A stretch of 64,000 nucleotides of DNA from Armatimonadota bacterium. Its GTDB lineage: Bacteria; Armatimonadota; UBA10988. Made by a program: the position numbers and the translations under genes. This document shows positions 19,170-29,454 of the stretch, piece after piece. The notes beneath the pieces were generated by a model. It searched no databases and was not told the origin of the DNA. It saw only the letters and a program-made list of their open reading frames with translations. The number at the start of each line of letters is the position of its first letter. Within the stretch, counting starts at the first letter, position 1. The stretch spans positions 32,001 through 96,000 of the forward strand of contig JACRKZ010000018.1 in the NCBI GenBank assembly GCA_016235455.1, written 5' to 3'.

Positions 19170-20506
19170 GTCGACCGCGTTGCCTGGTCGTCGGCGGCGG
19201 CGTGGCGGGTGTCACCGCCGCCGTGGCGCTGGCCCAGGCCGGCCGCCAGGTCACGCTCTGTGAGCAACGCCCGACGCTGGGCGGCAAGGCGTCGTCGTTC
19301 GTGCCTCCGGGCCGCAGCCAGCTGGTCGACAACAGCCAGCATGTACTGCTGCGCTGTTGCACCAGCCTGCTGGCACTCTACGAGACGCTGGGCACGGCCG
19401 ACCTGATCGACTGGCACGACAGCCTGCCGTTGCTGGCCGAGGACGGTACGCGTGGCGCCTTCCGGGCCTGGTCGGCGCTGCCGCCGCCGCTCAATCTGGC
19501 GCCCGCCATGCTGGCGCTGCCGGGCCTGTCGGTGCGCGACCGGCTCATGCTGGGCCTGGCCTTTGGCCGCATGATCCTGGCCGACCGCCACCGGCCCGAC
19601 GACCGCACCTTTGCCCAGTGGCTCGGCCGTTGCACCACGACCCACCTCGACCGCGGCTTCTGGCGGCTGATGCTGACCAGCGTGCTCAACGCCGAGGCCG
19701 ACCAGGTGTCAGCCCGCTACGCGCTGCTCTTCTTCCTGGACGGGCTGATGCGCCACCGCCAGGCCTACCACCTCGGCGTGCCGCGCGTGCCACTGTCGGT
19801 GCTGCACCACGACGCGCCCATCGCCTGGCTGTCCAGCCGCGGCCACCGGGTGTGCACACGCACGCTGGCCACCGTGCGCCCCGACACGGGCGGCTTCGCG
19901 GCGCGACTGGGCGAGGCCACCGAGCGGTTCGATGCCGTGGTGCTGGCGGTACGGCCGGAGCAGGTGGCGCGCGTGGTGGACGCCGAGCTGGCGACGGAGT
20001 TGGTGGGCGACCTGCCCGCGACGATGACCGCGGAGAGCATTGTCGGCGTGCACCTGTGGTTCGACCAGCCGGTGGACTGGCCGCCTGTCCTGGGGCTGAT
20101 GCGGCACGACGTGGACTGGGTGTTCGCGCTCGACGGCGGCCGGCGGCTGAGCGTGGTGACCAGCGCGGCGCGTAGTTGGCAGGGCCTGTCGCCCGCCGCG
20201 GCGGCGCAGCGTGCCGTTGCGGCGTTGCGCGCCGTCGATCCGCGGCTGCCGGAGCCGTCCGCCCATGCCGCCTGCCGCGAGGCACAAGCGACCTTTGTGC
20301 CGGCGCCCGGGCTCGATGCGCGGCGGCCGGGGGCGGCCACGACTGTTCCTGGCCTGGCCCTGGCGGGCGTGTGGACCAACACCGGCTGGCCGGCCACGAT
20401 GGAAGGCGCGGCGCGCAGCGGTTACCGCGCGGCCGAGGCGTTGACGGGGCAGGAACTCGTCCCGACCGACCTGCCCCGCCAGGGGCTTTTCCGGGTTACT
20501 TGTTGA
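19157..20506 (+). CDS. hpnE: Hydroxysqualene dehydroxylase HpnE
   Basis: GGGVAG FAD motif, [22 protein letters not shown]. Confidence 0.9.
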   Translation: MAALSRPRCLVVGGGVAGVTAAVALAQAGRQVTLCEQRPTLGGKASSFVPPGRSQLVDNSQHVLLRCCTSLLALYETLGTADLIDWHDSLPLLAEDGTRGAFRAWSALPPPLNLAPAMLALPGLSVRDRLMLGLAFGRMILADRHRPDDRTFAQWLGRCTTTHLDRGFWRLMLTSVLNAEADQVSARYALLFFLDGLMRHRQAYHLGVPRVPLSVLHHDAPIAWLSSRGHRVCTRTLATVRPDTGGFAARLGEATERFDAVVLAVRPEQVARVVDAELATELVGDLPATMTAESIVGVHLWFDQPVDWPPVLGLMRHDVDWVFALDGGRRLSVVTSAARSWQGLSPAAAAQRAVAALRAVDPRLPEPSAHAACREAQATFVPAPGLDARRPGAATTVPGLALAGVWTNTGWPATMEGAARSGYRAAEALTGQELVPTDLPRQGLFRVTC

Positions 20507-20738
20507 ACCAGGAGGCGTTGATCTCGGTGAACTTCGCCCATTCCTCGGGGATGTCGGCGTCCTCGAAGATGGCGTCGACGGGACACTCCGGCTGGCAGGC
20601 GCCGCAGTCAATGCACTCGTCGGGATGAATGACGAGCATGCGCAGGTCCGGCGCCTCGTAGATGCAGTCGACCGGACAGACGTCGACACAGGCCTTGTCC
20701 ATCACGTCAATGCAGGGTTCGGCGATCACATACGGCAT
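20496..20738 (-). CDS. fdxA: 7Fe-type ferredoxin (FdxA-like)
   Basis: [37 protein letters not shown]; GGAGG RBS. Confidence 0.93.
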   Translation of the reverse strand: MPYVIAEPCIDVMDKACVDVCPVDCIYEAPDLRMLVIHPDECIDCGACQPECPVDAIFEDADIPEEWAKFTEINASWFNK

Positions 20739-20833
20739 GGCATCCTCCAATGGCCCGCGAGAGACCTCTATCCAAGATGACTCCAAACGGCCAAGCCGTC
20801 TAGACTTGACACCAGAGTCGTCGCTCGCCTAGC

Positions 20834-21403
20834 ATGGCCACAGGAAGCACGCTCGCCATGGCTGACAGCAACCTGCCCCGCCGCGACCACGCCGTCCTGG
20901 CTATCATCGACGTCCAGGCCCGGCTGGTGCCCGCCATGGCCGAGTTTGGCCCGACCTTGGTCAACATCCGCCGGCTGACGCGCGGCGCCAAGGCCTTGGC
21001 TTTGCCCATCCTGGTCACCGAGCAGTATCCACGAGGACTGGGGCCGACGGTGCCCAGCGTGGCGCGGCTCGTGCCGGGCCCGTACCCGGCCAAGACCGCC
21101 TTCTCCTGCTTCGGCTGCGAGCCGTTCGCCCAGGCCGCCGAGGCGCATGACGAGTTGATCCTGTGTGGCATAGAGGCGCATGTCTGCGTGCTGCAGACCG
21201 CGCTCGGCGGCCTCGCGCGCGGCAAGCGGGTGTTCGTGGCCGCGGATGCCGTGACGTCGCGAGCCGTGGCCAACCGTCAGGCGGCACTGGCCGAGTTGGC
21301 GGCGGCCGGCGTGGTGATCGCGCCCACCGAGACGCTGCTGTTCGGGCTGCTGGGTGCCGCCGGCAGCCCGGAGTTCAAGGCCATTAGCCGCTTGGTGAAG
21401 TAG
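20834..21403 (+). CDS. Isochorismatase family hydrolase
   Basis: IIDVQ, TEQYPRGLGPT, KTAFSC, GIEAHVCVLQT. Confidence 0.92.
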   Translation: MATGSTLAMADSNLPRRDHAVLAIIDVQARLVPAMAEFGPTLVNIRRLTRGAKALALPILVTEQYPRGLGPTVPSVARLVPGPYPAKTAFSCFGCEPFAQAAEAHDELILCGIEAHVCVLQTALGGLARGKRVFVAADAVTSRAVANRQAALAELAAAGVVIAPTETLLFGLLGAAGSPEFKAISRLVK

Positions 21404-21455
21404 ACTCGGGAACAGCCCACGACGCGTGGGCGATAGTGATGGGTGGAGGGTCTGC

Positions 21456-22226
21456 ATGAGAGGACTGATAAGCGGGTTCACCGCGGTGCTCCGCGGCGCG
21501 AAGATGCTGGCGGGCAGCCGCCGGCTCAAGCGACTGGCGGTCATGCCCGTGGCGCTGTCGCTGGTGACGCTGGTGCTGCTGAGCTACCTGTTCCTGCATT
21601 ACGGGCAGGCGTACATCACGGCCAAGCTTCCCGCCGACGGCATCTGGGCCACCTTGGGCACCGTGGCCAGCACTGTCGTGCTGCTGCTCGGAGCTGTGGT
21701 GGCGGCGTTCTATGCCTCCATGCTCATCAGCCAGCCGTTCATGGACCCGCTGAGCGCGGCCACCGAGGCTGAACTCGAGAGCTTGCCGGTCACCGCGGGC
21801 GGCGGCGGCGTGCGGGCCGTGGTGCGCGAGGGATGGCTGGTGGTGGTCGACGTCGCGGTCGACATGTTCTGGCTGGTGGTCATCCAGGCGCTCCTCCTGC
21901 TCCTGCACTTCACACCGTTCGGCTGGCTGCAACCCGTGCTGGCCTGGACCGCCGCGGCGTGGTTCACTGGCACCGGCATCGTGTGCAGCCCGCTGGTGCG
22001 CCGCGGCTGGCGCGGCCGCAAGCGCTGGCGTGTCATGCGACGGCATTTCGGCGTGGTGCTGGGCGTGGGCACGGGCGCTGCCCTGCTCGCGATGGTGCCG
22101 CTGGCGCAGTTGCTGACTCTGCCCATCGCCGTTGTTGGCGGCACCATGGCCATGGTCGACGTGGAACGAGCCGGCCGTCTGCCGCACAACCTGCCCGAGG
22201 CCGAACCGGCGCCCGGCGATGCCTGA
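21456..22226 (+). CDS. EI24/CysZ-like membrane protein
   Basis: ISQPFMDPLSAATE motif; TM helices; LPIAVVGGT. Confidence 0.75.
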   Translation: MRGLISGFTAVLRGAKMLAGSRRLKRLAVMPVALSLVTLVLLSYLFLHYGQAYITAKLPADGIWATLGTVASTVVLLLGAVVAAFYASMLISQPFMDPLSAATEAELESLPVTAGGGGVRAVVREGWLVVVDVAVDMFWLVVIQALLLLLHFTPFGWLQPVLAWTAAAWFTGTGIVCSPLVRRGWRGRKRWRVMRRHFGVVLGVGTGAALLAMVPLAQLLTLPIAVVGGTMAMVDVERAGRLPHNLPEAEPAPGDA

Positions 22227-23181
22227 GCCAGGCCAGCAGACCATCGTCATCTGGCCCGACGGCACCGTCGTTGTGCCTGACCTGGCCGATGGGCTGCAAG
22301 GTCTGTCCGATATCGGCCCCCTGCCGTGGCAACTCGGCCGCCACCAGCGCGCCGACCTCGCCGCGCGCGCGGTGCAAGCACGGGAACTGCTGGGGCCTAC
22401 CTGCCTGCTCTGCGCACGCCGTTGCGCGGTGGATCGGCGGCGTGGCGAGCGCGGGTTCTGCGGGCTGGGCGCCGAGGTGAGCTGGGCACCCGAGACACTG
22501 CTGTGGGGCGAGGAGCCCGAGTTGGGCCGGCCCGGCCTGGCGCTGGCGCCGCTGGGCTGCGGGCTGCGTTGCGCGTTCTGCTATCGGCCCGAGTGGCTCG
22601 ACTCGACCAACAACCCCCACCCCAGCCCTCGCCGCGAGCAGGGAGGGAGTGAGAAGTCCGTCGCCCCGTGCACGGGGGGACGACAGGGGGGGCTGGATGC
22701 CGCGGTCCACCTGCACCTGCTCGGCGGCAATCCCGACGAGAGCCTGCCGTTTGTCATCGAGATGCTGGCTGCCCGGCAGGATCCCAGGCCGGTGGTCTGG
22801 AATACCCACGCCTACGTGACACCCGAGGGCGCCGCGCTGCTCGAGGGCGTAGCCGACGCCATCGTGGCCGACCTGAAGTTCGGGCCGGGCCGCTGCGCGA
22901 GCGAGTTGGCCGGCGTGAGCGACTACTGGCAGCACGCCACCGCGTCGCTGGCGCTGTGGGCCACGCTGAATGTCGACCTGCTGGTGCGGCATGTGGCGCT
23001 GCCCGGCCACATCGAGTGCTGCGCGCGGCCGGTGGCTGCCTGGATGGCCGAGCACCTGCCGGCGGTCACGTTCAGGATTCTGGAGCAGTATGAGCCGTGG
23101 GGCCGAGCCTGGCAGATCCCGGGCCTGGCGCGCCGGTTGGACGAGGCAGAGCGGGCCGCGCTGGCGACCCTGAAAGGATAG
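22219..23181 (+). CDS. Radical SAM protein (PflX-like)
   Basis: CLLCARRCAVDR..G.RGFC, GEEPEL, CGLRCAFC, VVWNT, DLKFG, LLVRHVALPGHIECC. Confidence 0.88.
   Translation: MPEPGQQTIVIWPDGTVVVPDLADGLQGLSDIGPLPWQLGRHQRADLAARAVQARELLGPTCLLCARRCAVDRRRGERGFCGLGAEVSWAPETLLWGEEPELGRPGLALAPLGCGLRCAFCYRPEWLDSTNNPHPSPRREQGGSEKSVAPCTGGRQGGLDAAVHLHLLGGNPDESLPFVIEMLAARQDPRPVVWNTHAYVTPEGAALLEGVADAIVADLKFGPGRCASELAGVSDYWQHATASLALWATLNVDLLVRHVALPGHIECCARPVAAWMAEHLPAVTFRILEQYEPWGRAWQIPGLARRLDEAERAALATLKG
22612..22692. repeat. Palindromic REP-like element within the coding frame
   Basis: CCCCCACCCCAGCCCTC..GGGAGGG followed by the perfect palindrome CCCCGTGCACGGGG (22664-22677) and a G-run. Confidence 0.7.
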
Positions 23182-23188
23182 TGGCGCG

Positions 23189-24208
23189 ATGAGTCGGAAG
23201 ACGGTACTGATGGCCATGCCGCGAAGTGCGTACTCACGCACGTTTCGGGCCGAGGAGCAGGAGCGCCTGATCCGCGACTTCGACGTGATCTGGCCCGAGA
23301 GCAATCCCTCCGCCGCGGACATGCTGGCCCTGGCCGACGGTCGACAGATCGACGCGGTGATCACCGTGTGGGGCGCACCAGCCTTCCCGACCGCCTTCTG
23401 GCAGGCGCATCCCGAGTGCCGCTTCTTCGGCCACATGGCCGGCAGCGTGAAGCACTTCTTCCCCGACGCCACGCCGCAGTACTTGCTCGACCACGGCATC
23501 ACCGTCGTCTCCGGCCAGTTCGGGCTGGGCATCAACGTGGCCGAGATGACCGTGGCCTGCATGGTCACCCTCGCCCGCCAGTTCCCGCTGCTGTGGCGCA
23601 AGCTGCGCGACGAGGGCGCCTGGCGCGTGCCCGAAGTGCCGTTCGAGCCGCAAGGCCTGCTCGGCGCCACGGTCGGCCTGGTGGCCGCCAGCGTCATCGG
23701 CCGGCTGGTTATTGAGATGATCAAGCCGTTCCGCTGCCGGGTGCTGGTCTTCGACCCCTACCTGCCCGATGACAAGGCGGCCGAACTGGGCGTGGAGAAG
23801 GTCAGCCTGGAGCGTCTGCTGGCCGAGAGCGACATCATCTCCATGCACCATCCGCAGACGCCAGAGACCGACCGCATGATCGGCGCGGCGCAGTTCAAGC
23901 TTATCCGCGACGGCGCGGTGTTCATCAATACCGCGCGACCGCGCGCGCTCGACCCCGAGGCCCTGCTGGCCGCGGCCCAGGAGCAGCGCTTCACCATCGC
24001 GCTCGACGTCACCGAGCCCGAGCCGCTGCCGGCCGATCACGCCCTGCGCGCACTGCCCAACGTGTGGCTCACGCCGCATGTCGCCGGCACCGGCCGCTAT
24101 GGCGCACTGATGGTCGGCGACATCGTCATGGAGAGCCTGGACCAGCACCTGGCGGGCCAGCCGGTCACCTGGCGCTATCCCATTGAGCGGCTCGACCTGA
24201 TGGCCTGA
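23189..24208 (+). CDS. D-2-hydroxyacid dehydrogenase (SerA-like)
   Basis: VAEM, VFDPY, FINTAR, LDVTEPEPL, TPHVAG. Confidence 0.9.
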   Translation: MSRKTVLMAMPRSAYSRTFRAEEQERLIRDFDVIWPESNPSAADMLALADGRQIDAVITVWGAPAFPTAFWQAHPECRFFGHMAGSVKHFFPDATPQYLLDHGITVVSGQFGLGINVAEMTVACMVTLARQFPLLWRKLRDEGAWRVPEVPFEPQGLLGATVGLVAASVIGRLVIEMIKPFRCRVLVFDPYLPDDKAAELGVEKVSLERLLAESDIISMHHPQTPETDRMIGAAQFKLIRDGAVFINTARPRALDPEALLAAAQEQRFTIALDVTEPEPLPADHALRALPNVWLTPHVAGTGRYGALMVGDIVMESLDQHLAGQPVTWRYPIERLDLMA

Positions 24209-24214
24209 TTCCGC

Positions 24215-26620
24215 TCACCGCGCGCCCGGCAACTCGAAGCGCACCGCCGCGGCGAACGGATGGTGCGGGTTGACGACGTACGCCGTCGGCCAGTCGACTT
24301 CGTGCGGTCCATCGGCGCCGGGCCCCGCGAAGTGCGTCAGGTCGAGCACCAACGGCTTCGCGGCCGGCTTCGACAGGCCGGCCGCGAAGCCGAGCATGTA
24401 CGGATTGAGGTCGGAGCAGGCCTGGTAGCCCCGGTCGTCGATGTAGGCTGAGCGCGCGGCCAAGGCCTCGCGCACCCGGTCGAGCCGGCCCGTCCGGCCG
24501 TAGATGGCGGTGGTCAGCGCGCCGACGAAGTCGCCGGCCTCTTGCGGCACGCCCTTCCACACCAGCCGGCCCTCGCGGTAGCCCACCGTGGCCAGGGCGC
24601 GGTCATAGGCCGCGCGGTAGCGCGGCTCGCCGGTGCTGTCGGCCAGCTTGAGCAGTGCCGACATCATGCGCAGCTGCTGATCAAGCCAGGGGTACGAGCC
24701 GTCGGGCTGCTGCATCGCCAGAATGCGCTCGCCCCAGACCGTCAGCCAGGGCAGCCACTCGCGATGCCCCAGTTCGGCCAGGTAGCGCGGCGCCTCGATC
24801 AGGTTGTACAGCTCGGCGCTGTGGGTGCCCGCCAGGTCCTGGTCGGTGGTCGACTTCATGAGCCGCTGCGCCAGGGCCTCGGCCTCGGCTGCCTCGGGCC
24901 GCTGATGCCGACGCATCAGCCAGGCGGCCGCGGCGATGCCTTCGACGCCCAGCCCGCAGCCGTTCGTCGTCTCCACGGGATCGTAGATGCCGCTGCCCAG
25001 CCGGCCCGTGCGGCCGATGTTCTCAGCGATGGCGCGCGCTGTGGCCAGCCGCTCGGTCTGGCCGGCAAAGGGATAGACCACCAGCCCGACCGGCTGCGTG
25101 CCCGTGTAGTCGAGCAGGACCTGGTCGATCAGCCGGCCGTGCCGACCGCCCGGCTTGAGCGTGAAGCGGATGCGTTCGGGCGCCCGGTCCCAAGCCACCA
25201 GCAAGGCGCGACAGAAGGTCTGCTGGCCGGTGTTGCCACCGCGCAGCAGCAGGTACGGCGCTGCCGGATCGGCCTTTGGTTCGGCCTCGTGCGCCCACTG
25301 CACGCTGCCGTCGGGCAGCATGAGCGCCTCCGGTCCCCACGAGCCTGGCTGGAACCACATGCCGTTGGCGGCCAGACGGCCGACGCGCACTGTCGTCGGC
25401 CCGGCGGGCACGAACTCGAAGCGCGGCGGCCGGTCGGAGTCGCCTGGTGGCACCGTGGTGCGGACCGTGGCACCGATCGCGCCCACCGCCGCCACCGTCC
25501 GCGCGGTGTCGAGTTTGTGCACGAGGGTCAGATCGGTCGAATCGGCCAGCGGTCGTATGTCCAGCGGCCGCTCGTCGTGCTTGAAGGCCAGCAGGTCCTC
25601 GCCGCCGGGCAGGATGGCGGCGCGGCAGCCGCGGTACAGGCGGCTGGCCAGCTCGGGCCGGCACACGCCGGTGCGCTCCGCCTCCACGGCCAGCGCCGAC
25701 AGCGCGCGTAGTGTGTCGTGCACGAAGTGGATCGGCTGGCGCTCGGCAGCGGTGAACGCCGACAGGTTGTAGCGGTCGTCGAGCAGGCACTGCAGGTAGT
25801 TGCCGGCCAGGGCGTCCATCGCCTCGGGCCGATAGGGCGCGAAGGCACGGTTGGGCCGGGCTGATGGCGGCACCGCGCAGGCCGGTAGCCGCAGGCCCAC
25901 GCGCGCGGCAACGTTCGCCTCGATCGTTTGGACGCCCGGCGGGAGCAGGTGAGTCACGTCGGCCCACCAGCCGCCGTCGTAGGTGTGCGACAGGTCGAGC
26001 GCCCGGCCGTTGAGACGGGCGCTGCTGGCGGCGCGCGGCAGGTACACCGCGAGCTGCTGGCCAGCCCACGAGGCCGGCACTATCACGCGGCCGCCGATGG
26101 GTACGTCGAGCCACAGCGGACCAGGCTGGTCGTCGTGGTAGTAGAGGATCTCCGAGGTCAGGGCACCCCAGCCGTCGTCCTTGTGTTTGTCCTCGAAGCG
26201 CACCAACACGGCGTCAGCCTCGGCAGCGAACGGCGTCAGGTCGACCAGGACGCGTGTCCCCACATATGAGGCCTGGTCCATGTCGGCCACGCGTTGCCAG
26301 TCGGTCTGGCCTTCGGCGCGCGCGGTGATGAGGAACTGCGAGCCCACGCCGATCAGCAGCCAGGCGCGGCGCCCGCGGCCGGGCTCGAAACGGTAGGTGT
26401 AGGCCATGCTCGTCCCGTCGGCGATGCGGGTGAACGGACAGAGCGGGTCGTAGCCGATCTCGCGCAGGGCTGAGTGGTCGTCGACCAGGTAGGCGTTCTC
26501 CTCGGGCGTGCCGGGGCGGATGACCGTGGGCGTCTCGAGCCCGGCGGCGAGGGATAGCAGCAGCGTGAGGCAGGCGAGCATGGCGTTCCAGCGGCGCCGT
26601 CCCACGGTACGGCGCTCCAC
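24215..26620 (-). CDS. Large secreted hypothetical protein (possible alpha/alpha-barrel C-terminus)
   Basis: Signal peptide; MQQPDGSY, LLKLADSTGEPRYRAA. Start could be ATG 26582. Confidence 0.65.
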   Translation of the reverse strand: MERRTVGRRRWNAMLACLTLLLSLAAGLETPTVIRPGTPEENAYLVDDHSALREIGYDPLCPFTRIADGTSMAYTYRFEPGRGRRAWLLIGVGSQFLITARAEGQTDWQRVADMDQASYVGTRVLVDLTPFAAEADAVLVRFEDKHKDDGWGALTSEILYYHDDQPGPLWLDVPIGGRVIVPASWAGQQLAVYLPRAASSARLNGRALDLSHTYDGGWWADVTHLLPPGVQTIEANVAARVGLRLPACAVPPSARPNRAFAPYRPEAMDALAGNYLQCLLDDRYNLSAFTAAERQPIHFVHDTLRALSALAVEAERTGVCRPELASRLYRGCRAAILPGGEDLLAFKHDERPLDIRPLADSTDLTLVHKLDTARTVAAVGAIGATVRTTVPPGDSDRPPRFEFVPAGPTTVRVGRLAANGMWFQPGSWGPEALMLPDGSVQWAHEAEPKADPAAPYLLLRGGNTGQQTFCRALLVAWDRAPERIRFTLKPGGRHGRLIDQVLLDYTGTQPVGLVVYPFAGQTERLATARAIAENIGRTGRLGSGIYDPVETTNGCGLGVEGIAAAAWLMRRHQRPEAAEAEALAQRLMKSTTDQDLAGTHSAELYNLIEAPRYLAELGHREWLPWLTVWGERILAMQQPDGSYPWLDQQLRMMSALLKLADSTGEPRYRAAYDRALATVGYREGRLVWKGVPQEAGDFVGALTTAIYGRTGRLDRVREALAARSAYIDDRGYQACSDLNPYMLGFAAGLSKPAAKPLVLDLTHFAGPGADGPHEVDWPTAYVVNPHHPFAAAVRFELPGAR

Positions 26621-26692
26621 GACGCGGCGCTTTGGCCAGCGCCGACAGGAGTCCTTGCCGGCGTGGCCAACCGGTCGTCAGGAGTTCTGCCC

Positions 26693-28201
26693 ATGGTCTC
26701 GCGACGCGGCTTGCTCGCCGGCGCTGGTGCCGCTTTGGCGGCGTCGGCGCTCAGAGCCCAGCCCAAGCAGCCGCTGAACCTGCTGTTCCTGATGACCGAC
26801 CAGCACCATGCCGGTTGGCTGGGCTGCGCTGGGCATCCGCTGGTCAAGACGCCGAACATGGACCGCCTGGCTCGACAGGGCACGCGCTTTGGCAACGCCT
26901 TCGCGCCCGTACCCTACTGCTCACCCACGCGCCTGGCACTGATGACCGGCCGCTATCCCAGCAGCCTGGGCCTGGGCCGCAACCTGACTGAGAACCAGGA
27001 CGCGCTGCGACTGCGCGAGCCCACGCGCACCTATGCCCACCAACTCGCCGATCGCGGCTACCACTGCCACCAGCTCGGCAAGTGGCATCTGGGCGACCCG
27101 ACCGAGCTGACCTGCTACCCGACGCCGGACGCACAGGCTATCACCAACGCTGGTCGCGACGCCCGCCGCGCGGCCGGCGACAAGGCCTTCGACGATGGTC
27201 CTCGGCCCGGCGAGAGCGAGCTGGCCGGCGATGTGTGGTTGCGCCAGCCGGTGGCCGAGGCCCACCGACGATTCCTCGAACAGCCCACGCATCCCGCCCA
27301 AGACGTGGGCGCCATCGGCCGCTCCCGACTGCGGCCCGAGTACCAGCCCGAGCAGGCCATCACCGACCGCTGCCTGGAGTTGATGAAGGCGCACCGGACC
27401 GAGCCGTTCGCCATCACCTGGTCGGTCAGCCCGCCGCATGCGCTGTGGACCGCGCCATCGCCCTATTACGACCAATACGACCCGGCCGCCTTCGAGCTGC
27501 CAGCCACCTGGCGCCAGCCGCCAGAGGCGTGGCGCAACTCGGCCGCGGCGATCATGGGCCGCACCTATGGCGAGGCCGGCCTGCGCGAGTACCTGCGCTG
27601 CTACGCCGCCCAGATCACCTTCATGGATGCGCTGCTCGGCCGGCTGTTGGACCAACTCGACGCGCTGGGCCTCGCGGAGCGCACGCTTGTGGTCTATACC
27701 AGCGACCATGGCAACCTCATGGGCCAGCACGCGATGATGGACAAGACCGTGGGCACCTTCTACGACGACCTGGTGCGCGTGCCGCTGATCATGCGGTTGC
27801 CGGGCGCCATTCCCGCCGGCGCGGTGCGCGATGGCGCGGTCTCGCTGGTCGATCTGCCGCCCACGCTCCTGGGCTACCTGGGCGCGCCGCCGCTGCCCGG
27901 CTGCCATGGCCATGACCTGCGCGGCGTGGTGGACGGCCGCGAGCCGGGCCAGGACACCATCTTCGCCGAGCGCAACGAGCCGCGATCGCCCAACGCCGCG
28001 CGCATGGTGCGCACGCGCGACTGGAAGCTGTGCCTGCTGGGCCGCGGGCGAGGCGAGCTCTACGACCTCGCGCGCGACCCCGACGAGACAACCAACCTGT
28101 TCGATGACCCCGCCCGTGCACCCGTCGTGTCGGACCTGACCCGGCGGCTGCGCGACCATGCCAAGGCGGTGGGCGATCCAGCCGCCGTGGCCAGCGCGTG
28201 A
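26693..28201 (+). CDS. Tat-exported formylglycine-dependent sulfatase
   Basis: SRRGLL, TDQH, CSPTR..MTGRY, GKWHLG, SDHG, ELYDLARDPDE. Confidence 0.93.
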   Translation: MVSRRGLLAGAGAALAASALRAQPKQPLNLLFLMTDQHHAGWLGCAGHPLVKTPNMDRLARQGTRFGNAFAPVPYCSPTRLALMTGRYPSSLGLGRNLTENQDALRLREPTRTYAHQLADRGYHCHQLGKWHLGDPTELTCYPTPDAQAITNAGRDARRAAGDKAFDDGPRPGESELAGDVWLRQPVAEAHRRFLEQPTHPAQDVGAIGRSRLRPEYQPEQAITDRCLELMKAHRTEPFAITWSVSPPHALWTAPSPYYDQYDPAAFELPATWRQPPEAWRNSAAAIMGRTYGEAGLREYLRCYAAQITFMDALLGRLLDQLDALGLAERTLVVYTSDHGNLMGQHAMMDKTVGTFYDDLVRVPLIMRLPGAIPAGAVRDGAVSLVDLPPTLLGYLGAPPLPGCHGHDLRGVVDGREPGQDTIFAERNEPRSPNAARMVRTRDWKLCLLGRGRGELYDLARDPDETTNLFDDPARAPVVSDLTRRLRDHAKAVGDPAAVASA

Positions 28202-28230
28202 CTTACAATGGTGGGAAAGTGAGACTGCCG

Positions 28231-29454
28231 ATGCGTCACTCCGTGCTCTTCCTGGTGTTGGCCGCGGCGACCGCGTGCCTGGGCGCCGACGCCGTGACCG
28301 AGCTCAAGGCCTGGCTGGCCAAGCCCGCCGCCAGCCGCGCGCCGCTTGGCGACCAGGCCTTCGCCGGAGCGCCGTTGACCAAGACCCAGGCCGACGCCGC
28401 TCAGGCACTGCTGTGGGCCGACCATGTGGCCACCTTCCGCCGCGACCGAGCCGCCGAGGTGACCGCGCGCGCACTCCGCGAGGGCGACCTGGTCATGCCC
28501 TTCTTCTACAGCCTGCACGGCAAGAAGCCGGCCGGCGGGCGCAGTCTGTTCGTCTCCATGCACGGCGGCGGCGGCGCGCCCAAGGCGGTCAATGACCAGC
28601 AGTACGAGAACCAGAAGGCGCTCTACGCCCCGGAGGAAGGCGTCTACCTCGCGCCGCGTGCGCCAACCGACACCTGGAACCTGTGGCACGAGGCGCATAT
28701 CGACCGCCTCTTCGACCGGCTCATCCAGAATCTGATCGTCCTGGAGGACGTGAACCCCAACCGCGTCTACCTCATGGGCTACTCGGCCGGTGGTGACGGC
28801 GTCTATCAGCTCGCGCCGCGCATGGCCGACCGCTTCGCGGCGGCGGCCATGATGGCCGGGCATCCCAACGATGCCTCGCCGCTGGGCCTGCGCAACCTGC
28901 CGTTCATTATCCAGGTGGGCGCGCTGGACGACGGCTACAACCGCAACAAGGTGGCTGCCGAGTGGGGCAAGAAGCTCGACGACTTGCAGAAGGCCGACCC
29001 AGCTGGCTACGTGCACGAGACCATCCTGCGCGAAGGCAAGCACCACGGGATGGACCGCGACGACGCCATGGCCGTGCCGTGGATGGCCAAGGCGACCCGC
29101 AGTCCCTTCCCCACGCGCGTCGTCTGGCACCAGTCGGGCACCACGCACCGGCGCTTCTACTGGCTCGCGGTCGATGGTGAACACGCGAAAGCCGGCGCGG
29201 ATGTGGTGGCCAGCTACGACAAGGCCGCCAACACTGTGACCATCGAGTCATCGTCGGTCGACCGCTTGACCGTGCGACTGAGTGACGCCATGGTCAACCT
29301 GAACCGCCCAGTGACGGTGCGGTTCGGCGAGAAGGTGCTCCAGACCGCCTACGCGCCGCGCAGCATCGTGGTCATCGCGCAGACGATGGACGAGTATGGC
29401 GATCCGGCCAGCGTCTGTGCGGCGAGCATCGACCTCACGCTGCCGGGCCGCTAG
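28231..29454 (+). CDS. Secreted alpha/beta hydrolase (peptidase/depolymerase-like)
   Basis: MHGGGG, RVYLMGYSAGGDG nucleophile elbow; signal peptide. Confidence 0.82.
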   Translation: MRHSVLFLVLAAATACLGADAVTELKAWLAKPAASRAPLGDQAFAGAPLTKTQADAAQALLWADHVATFRRDRAAEVTARALREGDLVMPFFYSLHGKKPAGGRSLFVSMHGGGGAPKAVNDQQYENQKALYAPEEGVYLAPRAPTDTWNLWHEAHIDRLFDRLIQNLIVLEDVNPNRVYLMGYSAGGDGVYQLAPRMADRFAAAAMMAGHPNDASPLGLRNLPFIIQVGALDDGYNRNKVAAEWGKKLDDLQKADPAGYVHETILREGKHHGMDRDDAMAVPWMAKATRSPFPTRVVWHQSGTTHRRFYWLAVDGEHAKAGADVVASYDKAANTVTIESSSVDRLTVRLSDAMVNLNRPVTVRFGEKVLQTAYAPRSIVVIAQTMDEYGDPASVCAASIDLTLPGR

